The position numbers were made by a program, and so were the translations under genes. Below are positions 49,900 through 62,755 of a stretch of 64,000 nt of DNA, in pieces. The notes beneath the pieces are model-generated. The model did not search any database. It worked only from the letters and a program-made list of their open reading frames with translations, and had not been told where the DNA came from. Numbering within the stretch: position 1 is the first letter of the stretch; every line of letters begins with the position of its first letter. Location: positions 27,466,001-27,530,000 of the forward strand of contig NC_043021.1 of the NCBI RefSeq assembly GCF_006345805.1. The letters run 5' to 3'. The DNA comes from Octopus sinensis (taxonomy: Eukaryota).

Positions 49900-50790
49900 A
49901 CGCGCACATATTTAATGTACACAAAATGTTAAAAAGGGGTTACTGATAGTTTCATGCCACGGAGACACGGTAATTCGGCAGATTTATATAACATGCTTTG
50001 TGTCGCCAAAGCATTTTTCAGGCCCAGTGCAATGGTTTATCCTATTTGAAAAGCAGGACGCCGATACAGGAGAAAACACAAGAATAAAACGAGAAGAAGA
50101 TTGAAGGAAAAGTAGAACGAGAAGACAGAGTGAACCAAAACGTAGAAAGGAAAAAATCTCGAGTTGTTTACTCTTTGTCTGTGGAAATTATATTTAATCA
50201 AGCTGGTGTAGAATAATTCAAAGGTAATGAGGTCAATATCTGCGAGGGTAGTGTCTGCCCGTTTGACAAAAATAAATTTGTCCATGTAATTGCATTTGCT
50301 GAAAATTTCGTGTCTGGCATTAAATAGTATGGCGGAATTTCTGTGTCTAAAACGAATGTGCGATCTTTTAACTACGTTTATCTTGCATCTGCTTGATGCA
50401 TTTACATATTGTATTGATTTCTTCACGATTCTTCAAATGGTGATACTTCGTCCTCATAAGCGACAGAGTTTATGAAGCATGCTCGATGGAGTGGGCAAGC
50501 TTCAGAATCTTGATAGTTTCATCTTGGAGTGAGCTCCTGTTCTGGTTTGCAACTGATAATGTCCTTCAAAGTGGGGCAGCAGCTATATGACCTTTTAACT
50601 GAGAACCAAATAAAATCTTTACGTATTTATGGTTTACTGGGAAATGCTTATTTAATAACGTGAGGAATTTCTTGCGTACGTTAGTCGTAAAATTAAAGAT
50701 GAACCATATTGTTTTCCTAGGTCTATTTTTAGGTTTCATATTTTTAATTGAAGGAGTGTAAGACATCTCTTAATCAGCTTTCAGCTAGGG
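49900..50790 (-). pseudogene. Decayed Penelope-like element 3' part
   Basis: SYTPS..RKTIWF..NVRKKFLTLLNKHFPVNHKY.KI; LFNARHEIFSKCNYMDKF. Confidence 0.65.
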
Positions 50791-51524
50791 TATTGCTAAA
50801 GAAGGGAAGGAAAAATTATATTTCCTATTACTGTTATTGGATTTCATGTTTTTCAACACAAAGGGCGTGACAGGGGTGTTTATGCATATATATATCAAAT
50901 ATAAATTAGTAATCGATGTGTCATACTTAATGTAGATATATCAAAGAAAGCCTGAGTAACTGCAGTAATCGGCTTGAGATAGTATCTTTGATATTTGACT
51001 TTTATTAAAAAACACAAAAAATCTCAAAAATACATCAGTAACAGAGGAAAATCGTCCAGCAGCTGTAGTAGCAAATTATGCATTCCTGCCAGTTTGGGCC
51101 CTGACAGTAGGAAGTATCAACTAGAAACTGCATGCAACAACCAAATTCGTGGTTAATGATATAGTAAAAGAGGGATACAAGAACCATTGATGATGCGATT
51201 AGCTGGTCGGCTGAATAAATATTCGTTATGTGCAACCGAAGTTATGTTATATCTCTACTTATGTATTGAGTACTTGTAACTATTGCTTGCAATTCTAAAC
51301 GCATATTTAACGTAGACTATTAATTCCTGTTTTTCGAGGTCTTTTTAGGAAACAGAGAACCCAGAACTGCAATGGAAATTGCGGCCAGCAAATTGCACTA
51401 CCAAAAATATAAGAATACCATTTAAAAAATCCTGAATATCAAAGTTCTTATACCAAAGACGAAAGATTTTATGAAATGGACTGGAAACAAGGCACTTTTC
51501 TTCAGGAAGCGGAAATGCACTGCC

Positions 51525-51588
<64 letters not shown>

Positions 51589-52164
51589 AGAAATATTAAA
51601 ATTACTAAGTCTCTCTAAAAGAGATTACGGCATCGTTACTGGAAATTAATAGTTATCGCCATATTAATATGGCAGTCTTATAAATATAAGACTAAAGATG
51701 TCGCTGATTAGCTCCATGAGACCATCGCCTTAAGCTAGCTATTTGACACACAAACTGCGTCCATTATAACCTTCGAACAAGGGAGGTCAGCCGCTTTATC
51801 CTGCCAGTCAGACAGCTACAGACGACGTTTCAGGGTTGTTGCCCCTTATCAATGCAGCGTAGTCAGACTTGCAGGTGTCGCTACTGATCGTCTCAGTTCG
51901 AAGGCTTTATTTACCTAGTTTGGGTGGAATACATCCACTTGTTTTCAATAATAGAAATATTAAAAATACTAAGTCTCTCTAAAAGAGATTACGGCAGCGT
52001 TACTGGAAATTAATAGTTATCGCCATATTGATATGGCAGTCTTATAAATATAAGACTAAAGCTGTCGCTGATTAGCTCCATGTGTAGCGACACCTGCAAG
52101 TCTGACTACGCTGCATTGATAAGGGGCAACAACCCTGAAACGTCGTCTGTGGCTGTCTACTGGC
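51589..52164. mobile_element. Compound direct plus inverted repeat structure (PLE pseudo-LTR-like) with decayed HHR
   Basis: 130-bp direct repeats at 51589-51718 and 51953-52082; inverted repeats of about 82 bp at 51803-51884 and 52084-52164 contain TTGATAA-GGGG..CCCT-GAAAC-GTC. Confidence 0.7.
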
Positions 52165-52184
52165 GTTCGCATTGTTTTAGCCTT

Positions 52185-52413
52185 CGAATGACGCCACCCC
52201 GCTGGCTAAGCGAGCAGGCCAACAGACGAAAGAGTGAGAGAAAGAGTGGTGAAAGAGTACAGCAGGGATCACCACCCCCTGCCGGAGCGTCGTGGGGCTT
52301 TTAGGTGTTTTCAATCAATAAACACACACAACGCCCGGTCTGGGAATCGAAACTGCGATCCTACGACCGCGAGTCCGCTGCCCTAACCACTGGGCCATTG
52401 GGCCATTGCGCCT

Positions 52414-52415
<2 letters not shown>
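52185..52415 (-). mobile_element. SINE family C variant
   Basis: CAACGCCCGGTCTGGGAATCGAAACTGCG..TAACCACT. Confidence 0.75.
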
Positions 52416-52465
<50 letters not shown>

Positions 52466-52554
52466 GCATATATATAAATATATGCATATATACATACATA
52501 TATGTACATACCTACACACACACACGCACGCACACACACACACACACACGCACG

Positions 52555-52593
<39 letters not shown>

Positions 52594-52867
52594 GAGTGCA
52601 CATATTTATATATGCACTTATATATATATATATACGTATACATACATGCCTATATATACATATACATACACATACAGGCACATACACACACACAACGCTC
52701 GCGCACGCACACACACACGCACGCACACACACGTACGCACACACACGCACACACATATAATTCTAGGGTCTCCGCTTCGTGCAGCTCTGATCTGTTTTCA
52801 GTTAACTCTAGCGGAGTGAAAATTAACGCGCACCAGCACTATTTGGTGTTTTTGCAAATAATAGTGA

Positions 52868-53064
52868 AGGCACATGGCTCAGTGGTTAGAATGTAGGGCA
52901 CATAATCATGAGGTAGTGAGATCAATTCCTGGACCTGACTATGTGTTGTGTTCTTGAGCAAGACACTTTATTTCATGTTGCTCCAGTTCACTCAGCTGTA
53001 AAAAAGAGTTGCCACGTCACTGGAGCAACGAGAAATAAAGTGTCTTGCTCAAGAACACAACACA
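52868..53064 (+). mobile_element. SINE family C head with a fold-back copy of its core
   Basis: 46-bp arms at 52942-52987 and 53019-53064. Confidence 0.8.
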
Positions 53065-53123
53065 CAGCCCATATATATGCATATTTGCATGCATATTTAT
53101 GTATATATATGTATATATGCATG

Positions 53124-53155
<32 letters not shown>

Positions 53156-53181
53156 TGTATGTATATATATACATATATATA

Positions 53182-53235
<54 letters not shown>

Positions 53236-54224
53236 GTATACATACCACATACCTGTATATATAGGGCAGGAGACAAGAAACAACCCGTCTTGCCAAGTTG
53301 CCTGTGTTTCGTTCCTCCATATATGTATCGTTGTATGTCGGTTTACTTTGTTCTTTCTTCGAGAACTTCTGCATTTTTGTGCTTCCATGCAACTCTCTCA
53401 TCACAGACGCCAATGATTCTATGACAATATTACGAACGTAAAATTAGCGCTGGAACGGAAAAGCAGTCAATTCCTCGTTGCATCAACATAGATGTACGTA
53501 TGCTGTGTATATGAATGGATATATGCATGTATGTTGATATGTACGAAATTTAATACGTCAATTCATTGCTATTTTTAATCATGGGAAGTTAACATAAGCC
53601 TAAAGGTGAAATTTCTCAAATTAAAATTACGCAACTGCAGGTTTTTCGTAATATATTTAGAGAAGTTTTATCAGAAATATAATTAGTTTTGAATTAAAGC
53701 AAATTAGCTTTTACAGTTTGAAATACTACATTTGTGAAAAAATAAGATAATCGATATTATAAAATGCTATTCACCAGCGGATATATAGGAAACGATATGA
53801 TATATTTCAACAAGCGTTTTGATGTTATCTCACCTACAACCAACATCTCTCATAACTTCAAGAAATAGTACATATATACACCTGTATGTGTGTATGTGGG
53901 TGCGCCCGTGTGAGTGTGTGTGTATAAATATACATGTATATCTATCTATCTATACATACATAATATTATGTATATATATATATATATATATTTATATGCC
54001 TACACACACACATACACAAATATACTGCATTAAGTGTTCAATTTAGAAATTAATGCTGTATATTCTCTTGGGAATCTTAACGGTTGATCTCCAAGACTTG
54101 CTTTGCGATGCGCAGTGAACGGATGGCGAGTAAATCGTAGACTTAACAGATCGAAGATATTTTTGTAGCAGCATTTGCTGGTGCTTTGATATTTGTTTGT
54201 TAAAATAGTTGGGCAGTAATCATA

Positions 54225-54585
54225 GGGGTGGCGGTTCGAGTAGTGTAGTCATGGTCCACAAATCACGGTTTCGATTTCAGTCATGGCACAATGAGTTGTG
54301 TTCCAGATGAGTTGTGTTCAGGATAAACAAGAGTGCATTTGCACCAAAAGCGCGTAGAAGGGTGTCTCTCATGTTATCTGCCTCGGTATAGCTTGTTCTA
54401 ACAGAACATTCTCGTTTCAGAGGGGATAAATATTAACTCTCGGGGTTAATACTACCTGTCACTAATAAATATTTCATTTCTCTTTTCTACAGTCCACTCA
54501 GCTGTAAAAGATTACCCCACCCCCGCCAGGCGACGGACCGGAGGAATGTTGCACCATAGAAACGGAGTAGCTGGTCCTATAAATC
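54225..54585 (+). mobile_element. SINE family C with internal insertion, diverged
   Basis: GGTTTCGATTTC..TTGTGTTC.. then CAGTCCACTCAGCTG. Confidence 0.55.
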
Positions 54586-54603
54586 AATAATGTCGAAGTG
54601 ATG

Positions 54604-55035
54604 AGGCGGCGAGATGGCAGAAACGTTAGCACGCCGGGCGAAATGCTTAGCAATATTTCGTCTGCCGTTACGTTCTGAGTTCAAATTCCGCCGAGGTCGA
54701 CTTTGCCTTTCATCCTTTCGGGGTTAATAAATTCAGTACCAGTTATGCACTGGGGTCGATGTAATCGACTTAATCCCTTTGTCTATCCTTGTTTGACCCC
54801 TGCATGTTTAGCCCCTTGTGGGCAATAAAGAAATAAGAAACGTTAGCACGCCGGGCGAAATGTTTAGCAGTATTTCGTCTGTCTTTACATTCTGAGTTCA
54901 ATTTCTGTCATGGTCAACTTTGCCTTTCATCATTTAGGGGTCGATAAAGTAAGTACCAGCTACGTACTGGGGTCGATGCAGTCGACTGGCGCCTCCCCCA
55001 AAATTCCGGGCCTTTTGCCTAGAGTAGAAAAGAAT
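54604..55035 (+). mobile_element. Two tandem SINE family A copies
   Basis: Full copy to about 54835 followed by a head-truncated copy. Confidence 0.85.
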
Positions 55036-55322
55036 AATATCTAAGTGATGATGATGATGATGATGGAAGCAGCCACATCACCCTTAAATATCCTACGCTT
55101 AGTAATATCGCGAAGCATTTTTTTTTAAAGAGAGGAAAGACATATTATTATGTACTCTACGCTGTACGAAGTCTAAACATAGTACAAAGAGTGGAATACT
55201 TTTGATCGTATGTTTGATAGTTCAGAAGATACCACCGTGAGTTCTACAGCGGACGAAATGTCGCTAAATATTTTAACCGGCGTACTAATGATTCTGTCAG
55301 CTCGCTGCCTTAAAATTATATT

Positions 55323-55365
55323 CAGTAATCCCTCATCGTATCGTAGTTCACCTGTTGCAGTTTAT
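55323..55365 (+). mobile_element. pogo/Tigger-like MITE end fragment
   Basis: CAGTAATCCCTC.. terminal motif; complementary end motif at 56240-56253. Confidence 0.4.
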
Positions 55366-55427
55366 TATTTAAGCTTACGTGCATTTATAATAAAATAAAT
55401 ACAAATAATAAAAAGAATATATACTAA

Positions 55428-55548
55428 GTGATTCCGGGTTCAGTCCCACTGCGTGGCACCTTGGGCATGTGTCTTCTACTATAGCCTCGGTCCAACCAAA
55501 GCCTTGTGAGTGGATTTGGTAGACGGAAACTGAAAGAAGCCCGTCGTA

Positions 55549-55601
<53 letters not shown>

Positions 55602-55878
55602 CATTATTGGTGAATTGAAGAAATGGAGCTGAACGCAGATTGAACAGAAATCGTTTTATTTCATTCTACACGTGTTTCGAAAGGCACAAATTACCAAAAT
55701 CCGATTGAATAATGGGACCATATTGTGTCTTTCTCTTCAGGATCCGCACCAACGCACGGTTGCAACGCCAGATGGTTGTACCTCCAACCGTGCTGTTCAC
55801 TGCTGTGATTTTTGCTACTAAGGTATCGGTTAAACTTTTGATTAATCTACTACAAGATTATTCATCTTTCTATTTCAC

Positions 55879-55936
<58 letters not shown>

Positions 55937-56160
55937 TTTGTGTGTTTGTGTCTGTGTTTGTCCCCCTAGCATTGCTTGACAACCGATGCTGGTGTGTTTA
56001 TGTCCCCGTTACCTAGCGGTTCGGCAAAAGAGACCGATAGAATAAGTACTGGGCTTACAAAAGAATAAGTCCCGGGGTGGAGTTGCTCGATTAAAGGCGG
56101 TGCTCCAGCATGGCCGCAGTCAAATGACTGAAACAAGTAAAAGAGTAAAAGAGTAAAAGA
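55428..56160 (+). mobile_element. SINE family B split by an HHR element inserted in its internal (TA)n
   Basis: Head 55428-55550, tail 55935-56160. Confidence 0.85.
55663..55744 (-). ncRNA. Type-I hammerhead, intact core and long stem II
   Basis: AUC-CUGAAGA-GAAAGACACAA..UUGUGCCUUUC-GAAAC-ACGU-GUA-GAAU; weak stem I. Confidence 0.65.
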
Positions 56161-56165
56161 GAATA

Positions 56166-56253
56166 CTGTACAGTACTGCTTGTACTTCGCGGATTTTCGC
56201 CTATCGCGGGGTTTTGGGATCGTAACACCCGCGATAGTCGAGGGATTATTGTA
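56166..56253. mobile_element. Short pogo/Tigger-like MITE
   Basis: TACAGTA..CTATCGCGGG / CCCGCGATAG..GAGGGATTATTGTA. Confidence 0.55.
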
Positions 56254-56289
56254 TCATATCATTTTATCATACGTCTCAAAATAATACTT

Positions 56290-56905
56290 CTTTCGAATTT
56301 TGGCAGAAATACCAGAAAGTTTGAGGGAGGTGGAAGTGGTTTACATGGACCCCAGTGCCCTACTGGTACTTACTTTATCGACCCCGAAAGTATCAAAAGC
56401 AAAATCGACTTTATGGGAATTTGAACTCTATACATAAAAAAACCGGAAGAAATTCCGCTAATTATTGTGTCCGGCGCGGTAATAATTCTTTCCGTTCGCC
56501 GCCTCTTTGAATACCTGCATATGAACTTTGATGCCATTATTACTTTAGGATATAAAGGCGGCGAGCTGGGAGAATGGTTAGCACGCCGGGCTGAATGCGT
56601 AGCGGTATTTCATCTGTCTTTGCGTTCTGCGTTCAAATTCCGTCGAGGTCGACTTTGCCTTTCACCCTTTCGGGGTAAATAAATTAAAGTACCAGTCAAG
56701 TACTGGGGTCAATATGATCGATTTACCTCCTCCTCCAAAATTTCGGGCCTTGTGCCTACAGTAGAAAGGATTAAGGATATGCTGGCATGCCGGACAAAAT
56801 GCTAAGTGGCATTTTTTCCGGATTTAAGTTCTGAGTTCATATTCCATCAAGCCGGGGTCGGTGAAATAAGTGCCAGTCGAGGTATTGTGCTTTTCAGTAG
56901 AAAAG
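56290..56905. mobile_element. Cluster of three SINE family A copies (minus 56290-56505; plus 56553-56770; plus 56778-56905)
   Basis: Family A motifs. Confidence 0.8.
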
Positions 56906-57264
56906 ATTAATTTTGGATCTGATCTGATGCTTAAGGAAGTCTTTAGTCTCGATATTTTTTAATATATACACCCAAAATGTGCGTACATATTCAAAATACA
57001 TATTAGATTAGAACAATGTTAATTGCTATCATTATCTTTGCAGGTGTGTATGTTTAATTTCTTGCCACTATTATCGCGTTTCTTGCTGTTACAATACATT
57101 AAAGGTGTATATGAATGTGCGATTAGCATAACCACAGCAATAACTGTATGTTTAATATTGAGTTGTTTTAAATTTCATTTTATATAATCTAATTTAGTTA
57201 ATTACAGTAAACATTAACGCAACTTTTAAGCTCTCCTAACAAAAGAACATAAAAGTAGCAGGTG

Positions 57265-57267
57265 TAC

Positions 57268-57340
<73 letters not shown>

Positions 57341-57417
57341 TATATTATTATTATTATATTATTATTATTATTATATTATTATTATTATCATTATTATTAT
57401 TATATATTATATTATTA

Positions 57418-57452
<35 letters not shown>

Positions 57453-57567
57453 CATTATTATTATATATTATTATTATTATTATTATATTATTATTATTAT
57501 CATTATTATTATTATTATTATTATTATCATTATTATTATTATTATTATTTATTATTCATTATTATCA

Positions 57568-57600
<33 letters not shown>

Positions 57601-57653
57601 ATTATTATCATTATTATCATGATATTATTATATTATTATTATTATCATTATTA

Positions 57654-57690
<37 letters not shown>

Positions 57691-57820
57691 TTATTATATT
57701 ATTATTATTCATTATTATTATTTATTATTATTATTATTATTAATATTATTATCATTATTATTATCATTATTATTATCATTATTATTTATTATTATTATCA
57801 TTATTATCATATTATTATCA

Positions 57821-57878
<58 letters not shown>

Positions 57879-57906
57879 TATTTTATCATTATTATTATTA
57901 TTATTA

Positions 57907-57947
<41 letters not shown>

Positions 57948-57952
57948 TATTA

Positions 57953-57993
<41 letters not shown>

Positions 57994-58066
57994 TATTATT
58001 ATTATTATATTATTATTATTATTATTATTATTATCATTATTATTATTATCATTATTATTATTATTA

Positions 58067-58112
<46 letters not shown>

Positions 58113-58127
58113 CATCATCATTATTCA
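57265..58127. repeat. (TAT)n/(CAT)n microsatellite of about 860 bp
   Basis: Direct reading. Confidence 0.97.
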
Positions 58128-59082
58128 TTTTTATGAATTAAGAAAATAAAATTCAACAAAACTTGATGTGAGTGATTTTGTGGTTTCGTTTGTGGACGTG
58201 ATGGTGGTATAGGAGCTAAATAACTCTGTAGAATGATGATATTCTTGAAATACGATTGTGTTTGAGTGAATCCTATGAAATGGAATTTCAAATAATACAG
58301 AATGTTAATTTGCTTCCATCATGTTAAACAATTTGCAACGAGTATTAAATAAGAAAGCGGTCGATGCGTTCGCAGGTAGAAGTAATTTAAATCAATTTAC
58401 ACTTAACAGTGGGTGGAACGCAGTACCTTGACATGATAGGCTGAGAAAAATCAATTAACTCTAGAAAAAGCCGTATCATATACAATATGTATAGATGTTG
58501 GTAGTGTGCCTGCTTATATTGTTGTCAGATAGAAGGTGATATCGTCTAAGGTTCTTTCTTGGGTGTTAGATACTAGAGATAGGTATTAATAACAAAATAT
58601 ATGTGGGTATCAAAGCTGAGTAGGTATTATTGAAGCTTATTTTTTCTTTTTACTCGCAATTAAGAGTACATTTTCGGAGAGATTTTCAATATAAGCAACT
58701 TCACTAAATACGATACTCCCTGTAGCAATTAAAACATCAGTGATACGATTTGAAGAATATAAATTTTGTAGATAGATTCCGAAACATCCTAAGATTAACA
58801 TAATACTTTCTAACTTAGAATGGACAAGGCCAGCTGTGGTGAAGGATTAGTCGATTTAACTGATTCCAGTTCTTGAGTGAAACATTATTTTACAAATACC
58901 GAAAGGAAAGGCTGATCTTGATTGGTTGTGAATCGAGAATAAATACCGTCAGAGATTTTCTGTCGCTGCTCTAACAAGACAACTAATCTGCAATTACTTT
59001 AATATTTTTCCTCAATACATTTACAGTCAGCACGAAGTCCAGCGCGAAGAAAATTTCTGATTGAAGAAATATATTTGCTTCA

Positions 59083-59235
59083 ACGCAGGCGTGTTTGTGT
59101 GGTAAAAGGTTCGCTTCCAAACCACATGGTTCAGAGTTCAGTCACACAGCGTGGCAGCTTGGCCAAGTGACTTCTACAATAGTCACGGACCGAACAAAGC
59201 CTTGTGAGTGAATTTGGTAGACGGAAACTGAAAGA
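59083..59235 (+). mobile_element. SINE family B head
   Basis: GCAGGCGTG..GAGTTCAGTC..GACGGAAACTGAAAGAAGCCCGTCG. Confidence 0.85.
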
Positions 59236-59281
59236 AGCCCGTCGCATATATGCATATATATCAGCGATTATTCCCACACAA

Positions 59282-59535
59282 ATAAGGAGAGGCACATAAA
59301 TAAGAAAGAAGAATGCAAAGGACCACTGATGAGGTCACAGAAGTGTGACGAAAGAACTCTGGTCGAAATAAGATTATTGTAAAAAATAAATAACGCAGAA
59401 GCAAATTAACACCAAATATATAGTGCGTGTGTTTTTATTGGCTAAACTGGCAAAATGACCATTCCTAAATACAACAATGTCTGTTTCAACACACGATTTC
59501 ACATCAAGAATCTTGCAGAACAAATATATAAACGT
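59282..59535 (+). mobile_element. Solo PLE 3'-terminus element (same family as 19905-20187)
   Basis: Colinear with 19930-20190. Confidence 0.85.
59321..59364 (+). ncRNA. Minimal 44-nt type-I hammerhead, intact core
   Basis: GACCA-CUGAUGA-G-GUCACA/GAAG/UGUGAC-GAAAG-AA-CUC-UGGUC. Confidence 0.8.
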
Positions 59536-60012
59536 AAGAAAACAAATCATTTCTGAATATTGAAGGATGAGAATGTAAAATCTGAGTATGGAATGGATTG
59601 ATGCTGGAATTTAAGAATGAAACTCAGCATTATCGTGTAATATGATAAAAAGCCAAGAATGTCTAATGTCGGTCACGTTGTAAGGAAGTAAGGGAACGGA
59701 AACAGACGGCGTGGAAGAGAGTGGCAGTGAGAGAGAGACGCTGAGAAACTCTGAATTTTTATAGTAAATTGTATTTACTTTAGCAGTAACTCTCTCTCTC
59801 GCTCTCTCTCTCTCCCTCGCTTTGTCTCTCTCTCTCTTTCACACACACACACACCTATGCATGCACGCACGCACACACACACACAAGGGCACAGACACTC
59901 ATACACACAATTACGTATATATGAAATTAAATATTAAACACTTTTGTTTTCAAAATATTTTCGTCCACATAACGCATATATAAATGCTACGTGAACGATA
60001 ATATAATATATA

Positions 60013-60092
<80 letters not shown>

Positions 60093-60164
60093 ATATAATG
60101 AGTGAAAGAGAGAAAGGGAGAAAGAAATAGTGAGGGAAAGAGAGAAGGAAAAAGACGGTGATTG

Positions 60165-60210
60165 CCGTACGCTGAAGACAGGCAAATACCTCGAAACTGC
60201 AGTGGTTAGC
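60165..60210 (+). ncRNA. Decayed hammerhead-like motif
   Basis: CUGAAGA-C-AGG/CCU-C-GAAAC-UGCA-GUG; the triplet is not NUH and stem I is absent. Confidence 0.35.
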
Positions 60211-60239
60211 CATATTGAGATGGCTAGTATACTTTACGT

Positions 60240-60276
<37 letters not shown>

Positions 60277-60280
60277 GTGT

Positions 60281-60590
60281 GTGTGTGTTTGTGCATGTGT
60301 CTGTGTTTGTCCCCCTCTAACATCGCTTGACAACCGATGCTGGTGTGTTTATGTCTCGTAACTTAGCGATTCGGCAAAGAGAACGATAGAATAAGTAGTA
60401 GGCTTACAAGGAATAAGTCCTGGGGTCGATTTGGTCGACTACAGGTGGTGCTCCAGCATGGCTGCAATCAAATGACTGAAACAAGTAAAAGAATAAAAGA
60501 ATAATCGCTTATATAACGGTCGACCAAAGTCATGTGAGTAGATTTGGTGGACGGAAACTGGAAGAAGACCCTCATATATATGTATATATA

Positions 60591-60643
<53 letters not shown>

Positions 60644-60999
60644 GTGTGTGTGGTGTGTGTGTGTGTGTGTGTGTGGTGTGTGTATGTGTGTGTGTGTTTG
60701 TGCATGTGTCTGTGTTTGTCCCCCTCTAACATCGCTTGACAACCGATGCTGGTGTGTTTATGTCTCGTAACTTAGCGATTCGGCAAAGAGAACGATAGAA
60801 TAAGTAGTAGGCTTACAAGGAATAAGTCCTGGGGTCGATTTGGTCGACTACAGGTGGTGCTCCAGCATGGCTGCAATCAAATGACTGAAACAAGTAAAAG
60901 AATAAAAGAATAATCGCTTATATAACGGTCGACCAAAGTCATGTGAGTAGATTTGGTGGACGGAAACTGGAAGAAGACCCTCATATATATGTATATATG
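60281..60999 (+). mobile_element. SINE family B tail-plus-head unit duplicated in tandem (offset about 409 bp)
   Basis: 60281-60590 appears identical to 60690-60999. Confidence 0.85.
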
Positions 61000-61007
61000 T
61001 ATGCTTA

Positions 61008-61129
<122 letters not shown>

Positions 61130-61329
61130 TTATGTATGTTTGTGTGTGTGTGTCTGTGCGTATACACAAAGATACATTATATGGGTGATATTTTCAACCG
61201 GGACGTTATAATCGTATCTGATTCTTCGACTGCTTCAATTCTGTGTATCAACATAGACTTACTAGATTACTGACATTTATAAATGGTTACCCCATTCTGT
61301 TGATGTGCTATTTTTTTTATCATGAATAA

Positions 61330-61817
61330 TTCGGTCGGCATTTTTGACGACACGGGTATGCTAGTTCATGAATAATAGATAAGCGAATCACACAAGTTAG
61401 TCTTTGAATAAGATCATGAATGACCATAGAAAAAAAAACGCGGAAACGACTCGACTTTACAGATTAAACAGGAAGAAGGAATTATACAGATAAAATCTAT
61501 TCGTATTAAAAGAGGAATATTCTAACAGGATTCTATCTTTCCATCACGTTTCTGTCTGGTATTAACACCTTTAACCAAACATGCTGAATTTTTATGAATA
61601 ATGATACAAATGCTACTGAATCACAATAAAGTGTTTACATGTTAGATAAAGAAACTTATTTAAGCGAATTAGGCTAAACAGACATTTTGGAATTAATCAC
61701 AGAATACAACATATACTAGCAAAAGAAGAAAAAAAAAAGCTTTGGAAGATATATTATAGACGCATTAGATTAATACTTAAAACTGAGCCATTACAACAAC
61801 AACAACAACAGCCACAC

Positions 61818-61882
<65 letters not shown>

Positions 61883-62540
61883 TTAATCAGGTAACATATA
61901 TCCATAATCTAGCTACTGCAGTAATAAATTATTGTTAGAATATTCTCAACTGGTCGCAAGTGAATTAACAAGACTAGACAGGAAAACAAGAAAAGAATGG
62001 CTGGACTTAGAATACACTTCGAAAGAATATATTTACATGAATACTGCAACTATAAGTCTATAATAAAGTATCAACAGGAGGACTACAAAATGTTTTGTAA
62101 GGAATAATAGAAAACTAATACAAATGGGTACAAAACATGAAGGGGAAAAAAACAAATCTTTTCTGACTTCAAGGAAGCGAACAGATAAAGACGGAGTCTA
62201 AACATATAGACACGAGAAAAAATGAGAAAACAAAATAAATTATAAAGATAAGAACAGAAAATAAAAAAGCAAAATCTTGAAAATAGAGAAAGATGATTCC
62301 ACAATGACATGTTAAACAGCGAGAGAAAAAAAATCGCCCTTATTTGGTTAAAGTCTGCAAAAAAAAAAAAAAAAAAAGAAAAACAAGATAAAATCACAGA
62401 GAGTTGGAAAAATAAGAGCCAAAACCTATGGCACCGTCTTAGAAGTGAAGAACTCAAGGCTGTGACTGAAGGTTTCTTTACTGAGGTAAAGGATCAAAGC
62501 TTTTGCTGTAGAAGAAGCTACCAAATGCATACAAACAGGT
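61330..62540 (+). pseudogene. Heavily decayed R4/Dong remnant with internal (AAT)n
   Basis: IRIKRGIF*QDS..FCLVLTPL; LRSEELKAVTEGF..KDQS..RSYQ. Confidence 0.6.
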
Positions 62541-62574
62541 AAAATTCAAGCAAAACTACCAGATATTGATCTCA

Positions 62575-62755
62575 AATTTTGGCACAAGGCCAGCAATTTC
62601 TGCTTCAAAACTAGTACTCAACTTGTACTTAATTTATCAACCTCGGAAGGATAAAATGCAACGTGAACCTTGGCTGAATTTGAACTCAGAACTTTAAAAT
62701 GGAAGAAATGCCGTCAAGCATTTCGCCCGATGTCCTAACGATTCTGCTAGCAGCT
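62575..62755 (-). mobile_element. SINE family A, diverged
   Basis: GAATTTGAACTCAGAAC..GCATTTCGCCCG..AACGATTCTGC. Confidence 0.7.

Noticed and set aside
53340-53415. Minus-strand TGATGA-GAGAG..TTCTC-GAAG fold
   Set aside because: Both core halves deviate and there is no stem I or stem III.
57262-58149. Poly-I/Y/L ORFs
   Set aside because: Artefact of the (TAT)n microsatellite.
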